Origin: Epithemia pelagica
Lineage: Eukaryota; Protista; Bacillariophyta
Assembly: GCA_946965045.2 (NCBI GenBank)
Contig: OX337230.1
Span: 1,612,001-1,676,000, forward strand
Length of the DNA stretch: 64,000 nucleotides
Direction: 5' to 3'
Under the pieces are notes generated by a model that worked only from the letters and a program-made list of their open reading frames with translations, was not told the origin of the DNA and ran no database searches. Each line of letters begins with the position of its first letter. Position 1 is the stretch's first letter. This document shows positions 8,877 to 20,289 of this stretch, one piece after another. The translations under genes and the position numbers were made by a program.

Positions 8877-11626
8877 ATGAATGATGCAGCGGAAACGACC
8901 ACAGAAGCAAGTTCGGCCGAGAGCTCACCACTTCATCCCTCGGTAGGTCAGCCAGAATCAGGCGATCAACCACCAGTGTCATCCGATCCAGGAGATGCAA
9001 CCGGCCTTTTTCGGCACGATGTGAAGGATGCATCATACCCTCTTCCAGAACCCTTGTCACGGAGGCTTCGAAGAGGTGTACTATTGAGTGGTAATAGTGG
9101 GTCATCAAAGAAGGTTTTACGAGAGGGAATATCGGAAGCCCTGACCTTGCTGGTGGGAAACTCCATCCAAGCGATCGACCAAATGTACTTTGCCGCTCCT
9201 CCGCGTTTTCGGAAGCATCCAGCGTTTCAACATCGATTGTGTCTTCGTATACGCACGGATAAAGTGGCAAGAACTCTCTCACTGACCGACCTCGGAGCAG
9301 GGATGACTCGTGCGGACCTTATCAACTCACTTGGCATTGGTAGAGCGGGACTTGGAAGTAAGCCGTCGTCATCCTTGTCAAAACCAGGCGCTACACAAGG
9401 GTCAAACGGAGAAAATAATTCGGAAGATCCGTTGGACACAACAGATGAAGAGGAGTTTGAGTATTCGGATGCTCCAGATGACGAGGAGGAGTCCGAGGAA
9501 GAAGATGATGACGAAGATGGAGAAATGGAGGAAGACGCGGGCGAGGAAGAAGATGACGGCGAGAATGATCAAGTGGAAAGTGAAGAGAAAAGATCGGATA
9601 GTGAAGCGAGTGACGAGGTCATCGACTGTCGCTCGTCCGAGATTGGAGGTTTTTATGCCGCACTCTGTGGCTTAGGTGTCGGAATACGTGTGGGAACCAA
9701 GTCCAAATTTGACGACTATTATGAGTTTCAAGTTGGCATCATGCCTGACGATGATGAACGTAATCATGCCGACTCGGCTTTTGATTCGTTTCGTGTGAAA
9801 CGTCCCATGGATGAAGGCAGCAAACTCACAACAGAAAAGGGTTTTGACAAGTTTCATCATGTGCGCGGTGATTCAGGGACGTGTGTCACCATCAGACTGA
9901 ACGAAGATGCAATTGCCAATGGGCTTCTCGATGAAACCAATCTGAAAACCATCATTCTTAAGATTGTTGAAACAACTCAATATACAGTTGCATTTTCAAG
10001 TGACGAGCAAGCTGAAGAAATCATCCAAGCTTCTGCCAAGGAAGCTGAAGCAGTACGACAGTTTGAAAGTTCAGAGAACGATGTTGATGCTGTGGAAGGC
10101 GTTGCAAGTATAGAACTTGGAACAGCCGATGCGCGAGATGATGACACGTCGAGAGAGTACAATAGTGTCAGGGAGAGGGCCAAATTTATTCCATTGCGTC
10201 TCACTCTGCGTGAACGCAAGATCCTTCGTCTTGTGGAAGCGTCGATGCACTGCTGTGACTACACAAGTTCGGTTGACCGCCCTTTTCAGAGATCTGTCCG
10301 TAGAACTCATGAACAGCTCAAAGGGATAACTGCTGTCTTGCGAGGCCTCGTCACTGCTTGTGACTACAAGGCAGGACAAAAGCTCCTGTTGGACGATGAT
10401 TATGCTGAACACGAGCAGACTTTTCGACAAATGTTTGAAATCGCACGTCGTCACAAGATCATGAATCCGGAGAAAATGAGAACTGAATATGGAAAACTGA
10501 TATATCTGTTGCAAGATGCTGTTTCACCTTCACTGGCTCCTCATCTGGGCTTCTCTGTAAAGGGGCCGATTGAATCGGTCTACAAGTTCTTGGAGGAACG
10601 TGGAGGACTTGATCTGTTATCAGACAAATTTATTGAAACGGCTACTGCGGAAGTTGTGGCTGGTAAAAAGTCTCGAGCGGTAATCGACAAGGAAATTAGA
10701 ACGAAAGAACGTGCGGTTGCCATCCTCAAAAAGAAGTATGCTACCCGGAACCTGAGTCCTGACGATATTCACCAATGTCTCTATTCCATTGGTGACAACG
10801 ATTCCTTTTTGAACAGCAATCGCGTACCCATTGACAAAGTGATCGACTATCTCACAACTCATTTCTCCCCAAAGGAAATCGAGGATGGATACTCCCTGAG
10901 CATTGTTAGTGGAGAAGATGGTGCTCGCCTCTCTCACAGCCATGAACGCCAATATTACTTCGCGCTACAAAGCCTCACACTTTGGCGAGATATCATTGAC
11001 GACATGTTCCGATTGTGGGCTATGGCGGAAGATGATCTACTTAGCGAATCTGTCACGTACTCTCTTCAGGATACGGGACAGGGAATGCAGAGAGTCCAAC
11101 AATGTCCCAGAACCTACAAGGCGATGCAAACTATTCTGACACGAGTTCAAGGCAAGGTGAATCATTGGGTTGGGTCCAGTGTGATACACATGGGAGACCA
11201 CAATGTACCGAACGCTCTGAGCTTCATTGACAAGTACACACAAGGTAGGCATGCTGATTCGTCTTTGTTTGAGATTCTTCAAAGCTGCGACTGACGTTTT
11301 ACTTCTGCATTGCAGTCCCTAGAATTCTGGGTCCAATTGTGAGTTGTCTGGAGAGTCTAGAGAAAATATGCGAGAAAGACGACGGTGTCCGGAAAATGGT
11401 TGACAGTGGATTTGGTGGAGTGGAGAAAGTGCGTCAAGATATTCTCTATGATTTCTTCAAATCAGCATTCGACGGATCAGGCGCAGACAACTTTTACGAT
11501 GCGGGTAGTTGTATAGATGGCCGAATGACTAGTGCTTGGAATTGGTGTTCTCAGCTACAAGAGAAACCATTCTATCCAATCTTCAAGCTCACTGGATTCG
11601 TTGGATTTGATGGAGAATTCAAATAG
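8877..11626 (+). CDS. Fusion of a degenerate HSP90-type GHKL N-domain and DUF2009 (UPF0652); 2 exons: 8877-11244, 11316-11626
   Basis: HSP90-like LVGNSIQAIDQ, RTLSLTDLGAGMTRADLINSLG, GGFYAA, GTCVTIRLNED. DUF2009 motifs AKFIPLRLTLRERKILRLVE, HSHERQY, DTGQGMQRVQ, WVGSSVIHMGDHNVPNALSFIDKYTQ|VPRIL. A 71-nt GT-AG intron restores the frame. Confidence 0.8.
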
Positions 11627-11654
11627 AGGAAAGCAGTCACCAAATCAGGTCTAT

Positions 11655-12374
11655 TTAGATTGCTCCAAGCAAATCTTTCTGTAGAACGATTGTTTTCCCT
11701 GGTGTTTCTAGTGGATGCCAATGTTCCGAGTAGCCCAGTTTGGCATACATTCGGGAGGCTATGTCGTTGGTACGTTCCACTCGAACGAAGGCCTCTCGTT
11801 GTTCCAGTTCCAAGCAAAACTCTTCGCACCGCTGAATAAGCATTTGCGCAATCCCTAATCTGCGATAACCTGGTGCGACGCACAGGTCAGACAGGTAAGG
11901 TCTTGGATTGTAGACATACGACGTGGGCCGATTTGGCTTTCTGGCATCAATATCACAAAAGCCAACCACTTCGGTCTTTGGTTGGTCCTTGCATTCATCC
12001 AGTGTTGTTGCTAGGGCCACAAACATGCGATGTCGAGCACGTTCGTAAGGAAAATTTTGCTGCAGTCGATTCAGCTCACCCAGCCTATAAAGTGGCTTGG
12101 CAGGACCAACTGCAGTCTCGTAAAAGCAACTCATGATCAAGTCAGCGACTGAGCCCATTTCACCATAGTTTGGATCTCGTATTCGTATTTTTGGAGAAGA
12201 TGTTTGCTCATTGTTCGAAGATGACGATGACGAGGTCAACGAATCCTGCATGAAAATCGTGCTTGTTGATCTTGTTGTTCTCCAGGAGACCTTTGGAGGT
12301 TGCGGCGACCATGCTGCTGTGAAAACAGCTGCTGCAAAAATACAAGCCAGCGCAATCAATCGACTCATCCACAT
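11655..12374 (-). CDS. GNAT-family acetyltransferase, probably plastid-targeted (239 aa)
   Basis: Signal peptide ending TAA-WSP (ASAFAP-like) followed by an S/T-rich transit-like segment. GNAT motif A YLSDLCVAPGYRRLGIAQML, motif B N..A..MY.KLGY. Confidence 0.8.
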   Translation of the reverse strand: MWMSRLIALACIFAAAVFTAAWSPQPPKVSWRTTRSTSTIFMQDSLTSSSSSSNNEQTSSPKIRIRDPNYGEMGSVADLIMSCFYETAVGPAKPLYRLGELNRLQQNFPYERARHRMFVALATTLDECKDQPKTEVVGFCDIDARKPNRPTSYVYNPRPYLSDLCVAPGYRRLGIAQMLIQRCEEFCLELEQREAFVRVERTNDIASRMYAKLGYSEHWHPLETPGKTIVLQKDLLGAI

Positions 12375-13169
12375 ATCTAAACAATCCCACTCTTTTTATT
12401 GTCTTCGGAGATCTGGAACATCGGGAATTGGGGATATTGTCGTGAGCGATGGCCATTGTATGTTTCCTCGTGGAAGTGCGTACTTAGCACCTACGCTCCT
12501 ACAGGGCTCTAGCTACTCTAGGGGTAAGTACAGTAGCGAGGAGTACCTAGTTCTAACGTAGTACCTACCTCTAGGTGGAGGAGAAAAGCTACCCGTAGCC
12601 CTACCTAGGAGCACTAGGTAAAGACGGGATTATCGCTTTCCAAATTCCCATCCTCCTATTTTCGTCGGGTGAGTGCAAAACAATCAACAAGGGAGCGGAT
12701 GTTTCCCGTCCTTGTCGTCCATCACACTTCGATCGTATGGTATTCAGCAAAAGAGCTATCTAGTCCTGAGAGCACTTAATATCATGTTGACACTGATCAT
12801 AGCCAGATTGCCAAGAAACATAAGATCTCAACCAGTCTTCTGACTCTGCGATACCATTTTATGGCCAATGCTCGTCCCAAATGCGACGCCGTGGATTAGG
12901 ATGTAAGAAACGGCTTGTTGAAAGAGCGGAACAGTAGACTCCCCTGAGTAACAATATTTCTCATGTGAAAAGGATTCGTTCCCCACTTGCAAACTCTTAT
13001 CCTCACACTGGAACCATGATGCAAGGATCATGATGCGGCAGGCAAGTCAAAACAGCCTATCCATGGGCAGAAACCGCAAAAGTCATCATACTGTAGTGGA
13101 GGCATACTTGGGCTTACAAAGAGAGCAATATCAGACTTGACGGTGAGGCCGATCCCACATAACCCGTTC

Positions 13170-14502
13170 TCACGATGGAGTTTCGTCCACAGGCGGAATT
13201 TCATAGTTCGGTGATTCTTCAACTGTTTGAGGTTCATCGCCTGAAATGCGACGAGAGGAACCGCTTGAATCGGAAGAATTCTGTGCACTACTCGACCCGC
13301 CACTGATTTTGGTACTGCATTCGTCGTTCGGAATCGGCTCATCTCCGGGTACTCTAGATATGGGACATTGCTCCGAAGAAGTCCCGACCAGAGTCTGAAC
13401 ACTGGATCCATCGTTCTTTTTCAAAACTCGGTCGTTTTCCGAAGTGCAGCTTCTTTTCCTTTCCTCCCTGTCGGAGTGGGCATCGACAGGATACCAAACT
13501 GCTTCCACCAGCGTCGAAAACCGCGAGATGCTGGTCTTTTGGCGAATGGCCAGAAATCGTGGTCGAATAAAGATGAGAAAATTGAACAATCCCTGAATGG
13601 GCAAGAAGGTTACAGCCAGAGCGGATATCCAAAAGTTCTTGTTGTAAAATCTGTCCTCCGCCTCGTGGATATCTGCAACATTGCCAACAGTTGCCCAGAA
13701 ATAGCAGTTCACCATGGTGAATCCAAACAAGAAGCATTGTGTAACTACCATCCGGGATCACCGTTCAATGGTGTCATTGACTCCTCCGTACCCCAACGCG
13801 TTCTCGAAAACAAAGCGTCGGCTTTGTCGATATCTCCACCACACCGTTCCAGCCAGAATCGAGATGAAAAATGACAAGCAAGCATGTCAATGCTACGAGT
13901 GGCACAACCAAGAGCCACTGACCAAACAGGCGAACATGATCACCCCCACGTTCACAGTCTTCATCTGCGGAGAATTCACATCCCAACGGAACTCCTGCTA
14001 CCCAGCAAAATGTCCCAGCAGGATTGAAAACGTCTAGTGCAAGTCCAGTAATGGCTGTTCCAAGGTAATATCCATTCGCAAGAAAATGCATGAATGGTTC
14101 AACCCTGGTAGATATGAATTTCTCTCTTAGACCGTATCGAACGACCAAAACAAAATACAACATCAACATTGTATTGTAGAGAAACGAACAAGATCCAAGC
14201 TGAAGAAGAAACGCCTGTGTACGACAAGTTGATCTGTTGCCGTAGGTCCGAACCCCTGGGAGATCGTACTCCAACTCTCGGGGCAACGGAAGTGGACCAG
14301 CCGTAAGGGCGATTGAAAGAATCATGTCCATCGTGGAAACACCCAATAGCAGGCGGTGATAAGTTACAAGCGGGGCACCTCCATAAGTGGTTCGGAAGAT
14401 CGTGAGAATAGTGAGGAATGACCCAACGATCGACAACGGAGCGACGGCGCATGGCATGTAGGCAACATATTTGACTAGTTGTTCATGAGACATGAACACC
14501 AT
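13170..14502 (-). pseudogene. Disrupted 7TM GPCR-like gene (diatom Git3/CAR-like family)
   Basis: TM1-5 lie in ORF 13774-14523 (YHRLLLGVSTMD, GNRSTCRTQAFLLQLG, FCWV) and TM6-7 in ORF 13170-13751 (FLPIQGLFNFLIFIRPR). Joining them needs removal of one base in the 5-A run at 13867-13871 and passage through an in-frame TGA at 13758-13760. Confidence 0.75.
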
Positions 14503-14980
14503 CGTTCCATGCGAACCGTGCAAAATGTCGTGAAGGTTACGAGTAATCTATGCTGGAAAAGTACAGATATGAGAAAGAGAAGAATCACAAAACAAGAAAA
14601 CTCTCTATCAAGCATCTTTCTTTCATGGGAGTTCGTACCAGTTCCAAACTGAACAAAGCATTTGAACCGGCAGGTCTTCGCCAGACATTCGGTCCCTTGT
14701 CGTTGTGGATGAGTTTGTAGTGATATCGAGTGTGCGGTTGTTGCTTTTATTGGTAAGACGTTGTTGGTAATCGACAAGTTATAAGCCAGGTATATGGAGT
14801 TTGGTTTCAGAACTCAGTTTGGAGAGGGATCATGGACAAGCAAGAAAGTATTATCATGAAAGATGAAAGATGGGCGACAGCAGCATCTACAAAGAGCAAC
14901 AAAAACAACCAAGAGTAAAAGAATCATGTTGCCAATTTATTCAAAATCTTTAAATTTTCTTGTTCTCCATTGTCCATCTA

Positions 14981-15200
14981 TCCCCTAGCGGGATAACGAG
15001 TCCCGCTCGTGAATGGGTAGAGGTACATTCGAATTCAGTGATGAATCACGATCAACCAGGACTCACTATTCAGCTAGAGGGAGTAGTTGTCAATCGAAGG
15101 AGTATTATTTTTCCGGAAAAAGTGAGTCTACTCTCTAGCGGGGGTGGTTTTGAGGTTGGCTCAGAGAAATTACACCCTATAAGCCATTTCCGCTAGGGGG
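14981..15200. mobile_element. Putative 220-bp MITE with 13-bp imperfect TIRs and TA flanks
   Basis: Left TCCCCTAGCGGGA (14981-14993), right TTCCGCTAGGGGG (15188-15200), with a 10-bp perfect core CCCCTAGCGG. TA at 14979-14980 and 15201-15202. Confidence 0.5.
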
Positions 15201-15886
15201 TAAAAGTGAGTCATAACTTGCTTAACACTTGTTCGCGTCGCCGTCGGTCGAAAAGTACCCAAATATTATGAATTTTATTATTGTATTATGACACAGACAC
15301 ACCAACTATTCAATTTCCGGCAATGGCGTTGTGAATACTCGTAGGGTAGCTATGGTAGCTCCGTACTAGTACGGTAGCTAGCTAGAGGCACCGCAGCGTT
15401 CGCCTAAAACAATATCCGACCCTTAATTACGAACACCAATGGCCTAGGTCGTGAATGAAGCCATTATCGCATTGCACTCTGAATTCAGCAACTCTGAGGA
15501 CCTTCAGGACGGCAGCTTCATGTTCGGGTACTAGATCGTCTGCTTAGTTATGGAATCCTGTGAGAATACCATGTTTTAGAACGTCGTGCTTTCCATTCTC
15601 TTCTCTCCATATCTTTACCAACTCGATCAGGGAAGCATCAGTTCTCGTGCGAAGTCGTTTGCTAACTTCTACGAAACTGCGATGATTTAGTGCTTTCGAG
15701 GTGCAGCTTCCGTTCTTTTCATCAATGCCACTCCATCTGAACACGCTCGATTGTCAATTCAAAGTTTGTTGCGTCTCAACTGTATTCTCAGTCATAGGAG
15801 ATACACCTATGAACCACCCATAGTATCGAAGTAGGCTGCTTGACTACACTCCTTGTGCCTAATGCGCAATTCGTTCCAATCATCTT

Positions 15887-18370
15887 TCAGCCCCAGTTCA
15901 TGTGGGACATCATCTGGACAACCACTTTCTGTGGTCCCACTTCATCACGATCAACGCGCCCGTGACTAGCTTCGACGGAGTTAGCCGATTGATTTCCTTG
16001 CGCCGCTTCGTCACGCCCGTTTTCACTATCGATAGACGTACTGTTCTCACCCTGACCCTGCGGCGCTTTCGTGTCCGTTTCAGGGTCGTTGACTACCTCG
16101 TGAAGTCCGTTTGATTGAGATTCTGAAGTTGAATCCGACTCATTTTTATCTTCTTTCTTTTGCAGATTCAAAAGAAGCGGTGGTGACTGAAATGGAATAC
16201 TAGGGCGAATTGGGGCCTGTGGCTCCGGGTTCTCTATTGCTCTGTCTCGGTCCCTGCCGTCCGCTGTAACATATGACGTCCATGGAGTGGACGTTGCCGG
16301 TTTGTGTCGTCTTCGTAACGAGAGAAGACGTAGGGGATTCCACGCCATCTCAGCAATTATATTGTGGATACGCTGTGGAAGTGCGGGTTTCATTACCTTC
16401 AGAAATACGCGGTTTTGCCACCCAGGAGTAGATTCCGTATCTCCTCGAAGGGTAGCTCGAACGGCCATTTCAGCCACCTGTTGAGGGGTTTTCGTGTAGA
16501 ACGGTATCTTCCAACAGAGTGCCTCTTCGGATTTGCTGCGGGTCTTAAAGTCCGTATCGCGCACGGCTCCCGGCATGACGCAAGTCACTCCCACACCGTG
16601 CGGTTCCAATTCCTTGGCCAGGCCAAGAGCAAGGCTATTCTCAAAGGCCTTGGTCGCCGCATACACAGCAACGGTCGGTAGGCCGGCTACCGCGCCACAA
16701 ATCGAGGAAAGCATCAACACTCTCCCTCTTCGTCGGATTTTCATTTCTCCGCCGTAGAGATGAATCAGAGTTGAAGCTGACAGAGCATTCAGCTGTATCA
16801 TCTCGTGTAGTTCACGTAGCGGAAGGTCACAGGAGGGCCCTTGTAAGCTAAATCCTGCATTGTTCACCAGCATATCCACCGCAAGACCAGCTTTGGTTGT
16901 TGTATTGAAAATGCTTTCAGCCACATCGGGTTTGGACAAGTCTGCTTGTAGCACACAACATTTTACGCCATAACATGCTTCAATATCATATGCAAGCGAG
17001 GTGAGTCGGTCAATGTCGCGCGCTACGAGTATAAGAGGTATTTCATATCGGGCAAGTTCGACAGCAATTGCCCTGCCGATACCCCTTGAAGCCCCTGTTA
17101 CCAAGGCATAGCCCAGTTTGCCATTAGTAAGCTCAACCAAACTCTCTTCTCTTCTCGGTTGCTTTACCTTGGCCTTTCTTTTCAAAGATTGTAGTGCGAG
17201 AAGTTCATTGTATATGGCCAGGCGTCGCGCATTTTGTCTTTCTAGTCGTCTTTGTGCGCGGACCCTCCTCCATTCTCGAATGGTTGTCGTTACGTCAATC
17301 GTTTTGGGGGCTTTGCCTACCAACGAATGCCAGTGCCGTCGCAGACGAGGCGGAACATACATGGCATCTTCTTCTGATGTGCCCACTCCTGGGACTTGAA
17401 GATCGTGATGCGATTCATGATCCATTATTGGCATCACCGTTTCCAACATTCTTTCGTCCGCAATCTCTTCGGGAAGGAACGGAGGTAGAACCACCCTGTT
17501 TAAATCTCTGTACGATGGTTTGAGTGGCAATGGCGCTAATCGACGTCGGTGGTTGAGTTCATGATGACTATAAGAAAAAATGGCCAATGCAAAGCCAGAA
17601 AGAGCCACATTTCTAGCAAACGGACTGGATATAAGGGGAATGATTCTGCGGTATGTCACCGTTGACGCTCCTCCATTTGAAAGGGCTTCAATTCTCTGAG
17701 TTTGAGGAAAGGTGGCCAACAGCAGAAATGGCGGCGCAGCGGGGGGTAGATGAAACCACATTTGACTCGACACCTGCCGTGCCTTGTTCAGTCCAACACG
17801 AGCTGAAACGCGTGTCAACGACCAAAGCAGGGACAATCGTGATGGATCTGGAGCGGTTGCAAGGTCATCTGTATCCTCGTTGTCGCTGTTGTCGTCGGAG
17901 GAAGAAGTTAATAAATTGAATGGCCAAGGTGGCCACATCTTCGCAGACTTGGCCGCCACAAGTTGGACTGTCATCGGAGAGGTATGGTTCGAAGAGGATG
18001 TTGGAAGCACGGGGGCAAACTGTATTTCCGCTTCCATGTTTCGGAATGCAACTCTAGTTGTTCGCAAACAATTTTGAGCGTTCAAACAATGGTCATGGTC
18101 ATTAGGATTCTGGGATATGGAACAAGAATCAGTTGTCCTATCGGCATCATCATCTTCGCTCAAGCCGGATGTTTGACTCAGTTTATCAGCAGTATCTTCC
18201 GAGCCGTCTTTCCGCGACCGTTCAAATATACGTCGTCTTGGTTTGCTGAAAGAGGATCTCTCGTGAGCCCACACCGAAAAGGAGAGCAGCAACCCAATGA
18301 ACAATGCTGTGAACATCGGACGAGCAAACTCACTTGTGATGTGGCTTGCAACAGGAGGCCTCCGTCTCAT
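15887..18370 (-). CDS. Short-chain dehydrogenase/reductase (17-beta-HSD/ketoacyl-reductase-like) with about 420-aa N-terminal extension
   Basis: ALVTGASRGIG (TGxxxGxG), LVNNAG, catalytic S and YAATK. N-terminal hydrophobic signal-like segment and an internal hydrophobic segment. Start codon uncertain. Confidence 0.85.
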   Translation of the reverse strand: MRRRPPVASHITSEFARPMFTALFIGLLLSFSVWAHERSSFSKPRRRIFERSRKDGSEDTADKLSQTSGLSEDDDADRTTDSCSISQNPNDHDHCLNAQNCLRTTRVAFRNMEAEIQFAPVLPTSSSNHTSPMTVQLVAAKSAKMWPPWPFNLLTSSSDDNSDNEDTDDLATAPDPSRLSLLWSLTRVSARVGLNKARQVSSQMWFHLPPAAPPFLLLATFPQTQRIEALSNGGASTVTYRRIIPLISSPFARNVALSGFALAIFSYSHHELNHRRRLAPLPLKPSYRDLNRVVLPPFLPEEIADERMLETVMPIMDHESHHDLQVPGVGTSEEDAMYVPPRLRRHWHSLVGKAPKTIDVTTTIREWRRVRAQRRLERQNARRLAIYNELLALQSLKRKAKVKQPRREESLVELTNGKLGYALVTGASRGIGRAIAVELARYEIPLILVARDIDRLTSLAYDIEACYGVKCCVLQADLSKPDVAESIFNTTTKAGLAVDMLVNNAGFSLQGPSCDLPLRELHEMIQLNALSASTLIHLYGGEMKIRRRGRVLMLSSICGAVAGLPTVAVYAATKAFENSLALGLAKELEPHGVGVTCVMPGAVRDTDFKTRSKSEEALCWKIPFYTKTPQQVAEMAVRATLRGDTESTPGWQNRVFLKVMKPALPQRIHNIIAEMAWNPLRLLSLRRRHKPATSTPWTSYVTADGRDRDRAIENPEPQAPIRPSIPFQSPPLLLNLQKKEDKNESDSTSESQSNGLHEVVNDPETDTKAPQGQGENSTSIDSENGRDEAAQGNQSANSVEASHGRVDRDEVGPQKVVVQMMSHMNWG

Positions 18371-18516
18371 CGTGGTGATGTTTGAGATCACAAAATGGAA
18401 AGATTGATGATCGACTTTGATGGATGGATGTAGGCAGCCCACACCCCACATCGGCAGCGCCAGCGCGAGAGAGCTATGGTGGCTATGGGGAAATGAAGGA
18501 GTGGAGCTACGTCTAG

Positions 18517-18532
18517 CTACTCCTAGGAGTAG
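18517..18532. promoter_or_regulatory. Perfect 16-bp palindrome CTACTCCTAGGAGTAG upstream of the SDR gene
   Basis: The sequence is its own reverse complement, about 150 bp upstream of ATG 18370. Function is inferred. Confidence 0.4.
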
Positions 18533-18686
18533 AAGTATGACATACTCCTACATACTGTATTATTATTTCTACGGGACATAGGTTATCATGGTGATGTGTT
18601 CCTATTCAAAACACTGCGGTGTCGTTATTCGATGATCGACTTTCCATTCTCCTTTGTCTTCTGAACCTCAAATGAAAGCATTCTTC

Positions 18687-20100
18687 TTAGTCTTGTTGGA
18701 CTCTCCCTACACCTTTCAACAGCTTGGTTGCTCGATTGAGTCCTTCCTCCTCAACAAACCCTCGGATCCATGGTCGAATATAATCGTCAGTTTGACTTTG
18801 AATATGTTTGACCTTGTTGTATTGCTAGAAGGAGGAAACCAGAAAAATTAAACATCGTCAGTAACCCAAAAGACATTCACCAACCACTGTTGTCTCGTAC
18901 CTTGACACTTCGTTCATTTCCTTGCCTCGAATCGTCTCGGAAGGAGTATTGTTTGAGCGTTCCAAGATAATGATTGATCACCAAGACTTGCTCTGATTTG
19001 CGAATATGAAGTCGACGATGACTACATATGGACCGGATGGGTCGGTGAATGGAGTCCACTGGTTTTAGATCGTTCCATGGAACACGGGACAAATCAATCA
19101 GTACTTTGGAAATCCGATTGACGCCATAGTCATTGGGATGAGCGTGCGTGCGCCAGTGCAATGTTAGAAAGTTATTACCATCCAAAGCCGGAGGTACACG
19201 GGCCTGAACGGATGCAGAGGTACTTTCCACGGCGCCAAAGCGGATGCGCGGAATTTGAATGCAAGGAGTGGTCCAGTTGGAGTGCGAGAAGACTGGTTGG
19301 CCTTCTTTGTTTCCCTGTTCTACAGAGGGTGACCGAGTCTGGAGGTGTCCCAATTCGGACTTGAGAAAGGTCAGTACAGAACCTCGTTGAGAAATTGGAG
19401 GGGCTAGTTCCTTGATGGATCTTCCATTGATGGTCTCAGGTTTGGCGTAGTTCAAATAGACAAATTCATCGCTGTCTGTCAGCAACACCCAATCCCTATT
19501 CCGTTCTTTGAGATGCTTCATACACTTGTAATAAAAGAGACGCTGTCGGGCCCGATGCTGAATCAACGTATCTCCAATCTTGTCGCGTCCAAAATAGTTG
19601 GCCACATAGTCTTGTGCTTCTTGTTGCTCCGTTTCGGACATGTACTCGCGATCGCCCCACTGCACAATGGTAATGTTTCGATTCCTCCATCGTTTCAATA
19701 TAGGAGTCGGAGACGTTTTGCTCCGCGGGTCCACAGCTATGACCAAATACCGCAATGGCAATGTGTGATAATGAAAAGCAATCCATTCGATTAAAAAGTG
19801 ATTGTCATCCATCACAAGCAAGCATGCCGACATACCATTGTCGTAGGAAGACGAAGATTGAGGTACTGTTTGGTTTCGTGGTTCGACGACATTGTTTGGC
19901 CGCAACGGAGCTGGAATGTTCTCATGACGAGAATGCGAGTGTTGGCGAAAACCATCGGATGAAGTTATTAGGCTGGGGAACAGCCTCACGTTCAACCAAA
20001 CATAAAGAGATGAAACCAGCAGAACGAAGCCCAGCAGCCGTCGCGCATTCAGTTTGGTAATGGATGCAGCATTTCGACTTGTCCTTTGCAGAGAAGTCAT
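18687..20100 (-). CDS. GT92/DUF23-like GT-A glycosyltransferase, type II membrane; exons 20100-18901 and 18824-18687
   Basis: N-terminal TM, SACLLVMDDNHFLIEWIAFHY, DxD motif TDSDEF, CIQIPRIRFG, INHYLG. A 76-nt GT-AG intron (18825-18900) yields the conserved-looking tail IRPWIRGFVEEEG. Confidence 0.7.
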
Positions 20101-20289
20101 GAACGTCTATGGTACCTGATGCCTCATGTCTCGAGCCCAAACTTCTTCGAAATTGTGTAGGGTGTAGGGTGGCATCTAACTTCTAACCCCCGATTAAAGT
20201 TCAGTCGTGCGGCTTTAATTCTCCCCCTAACAAATTTGGGGGTGGCTCACTAGACAGATTTCTGTCGACGCAAGAGTCTACAATCCTCC

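Noticed and set aside
8877-10000. Calling the gene a bona fide HSP90
   Set aside because: It lacks the catalytic Glu, the middle and C-terminal dimerisation domains and the MEEVD tail. The remainder is DUF2009.
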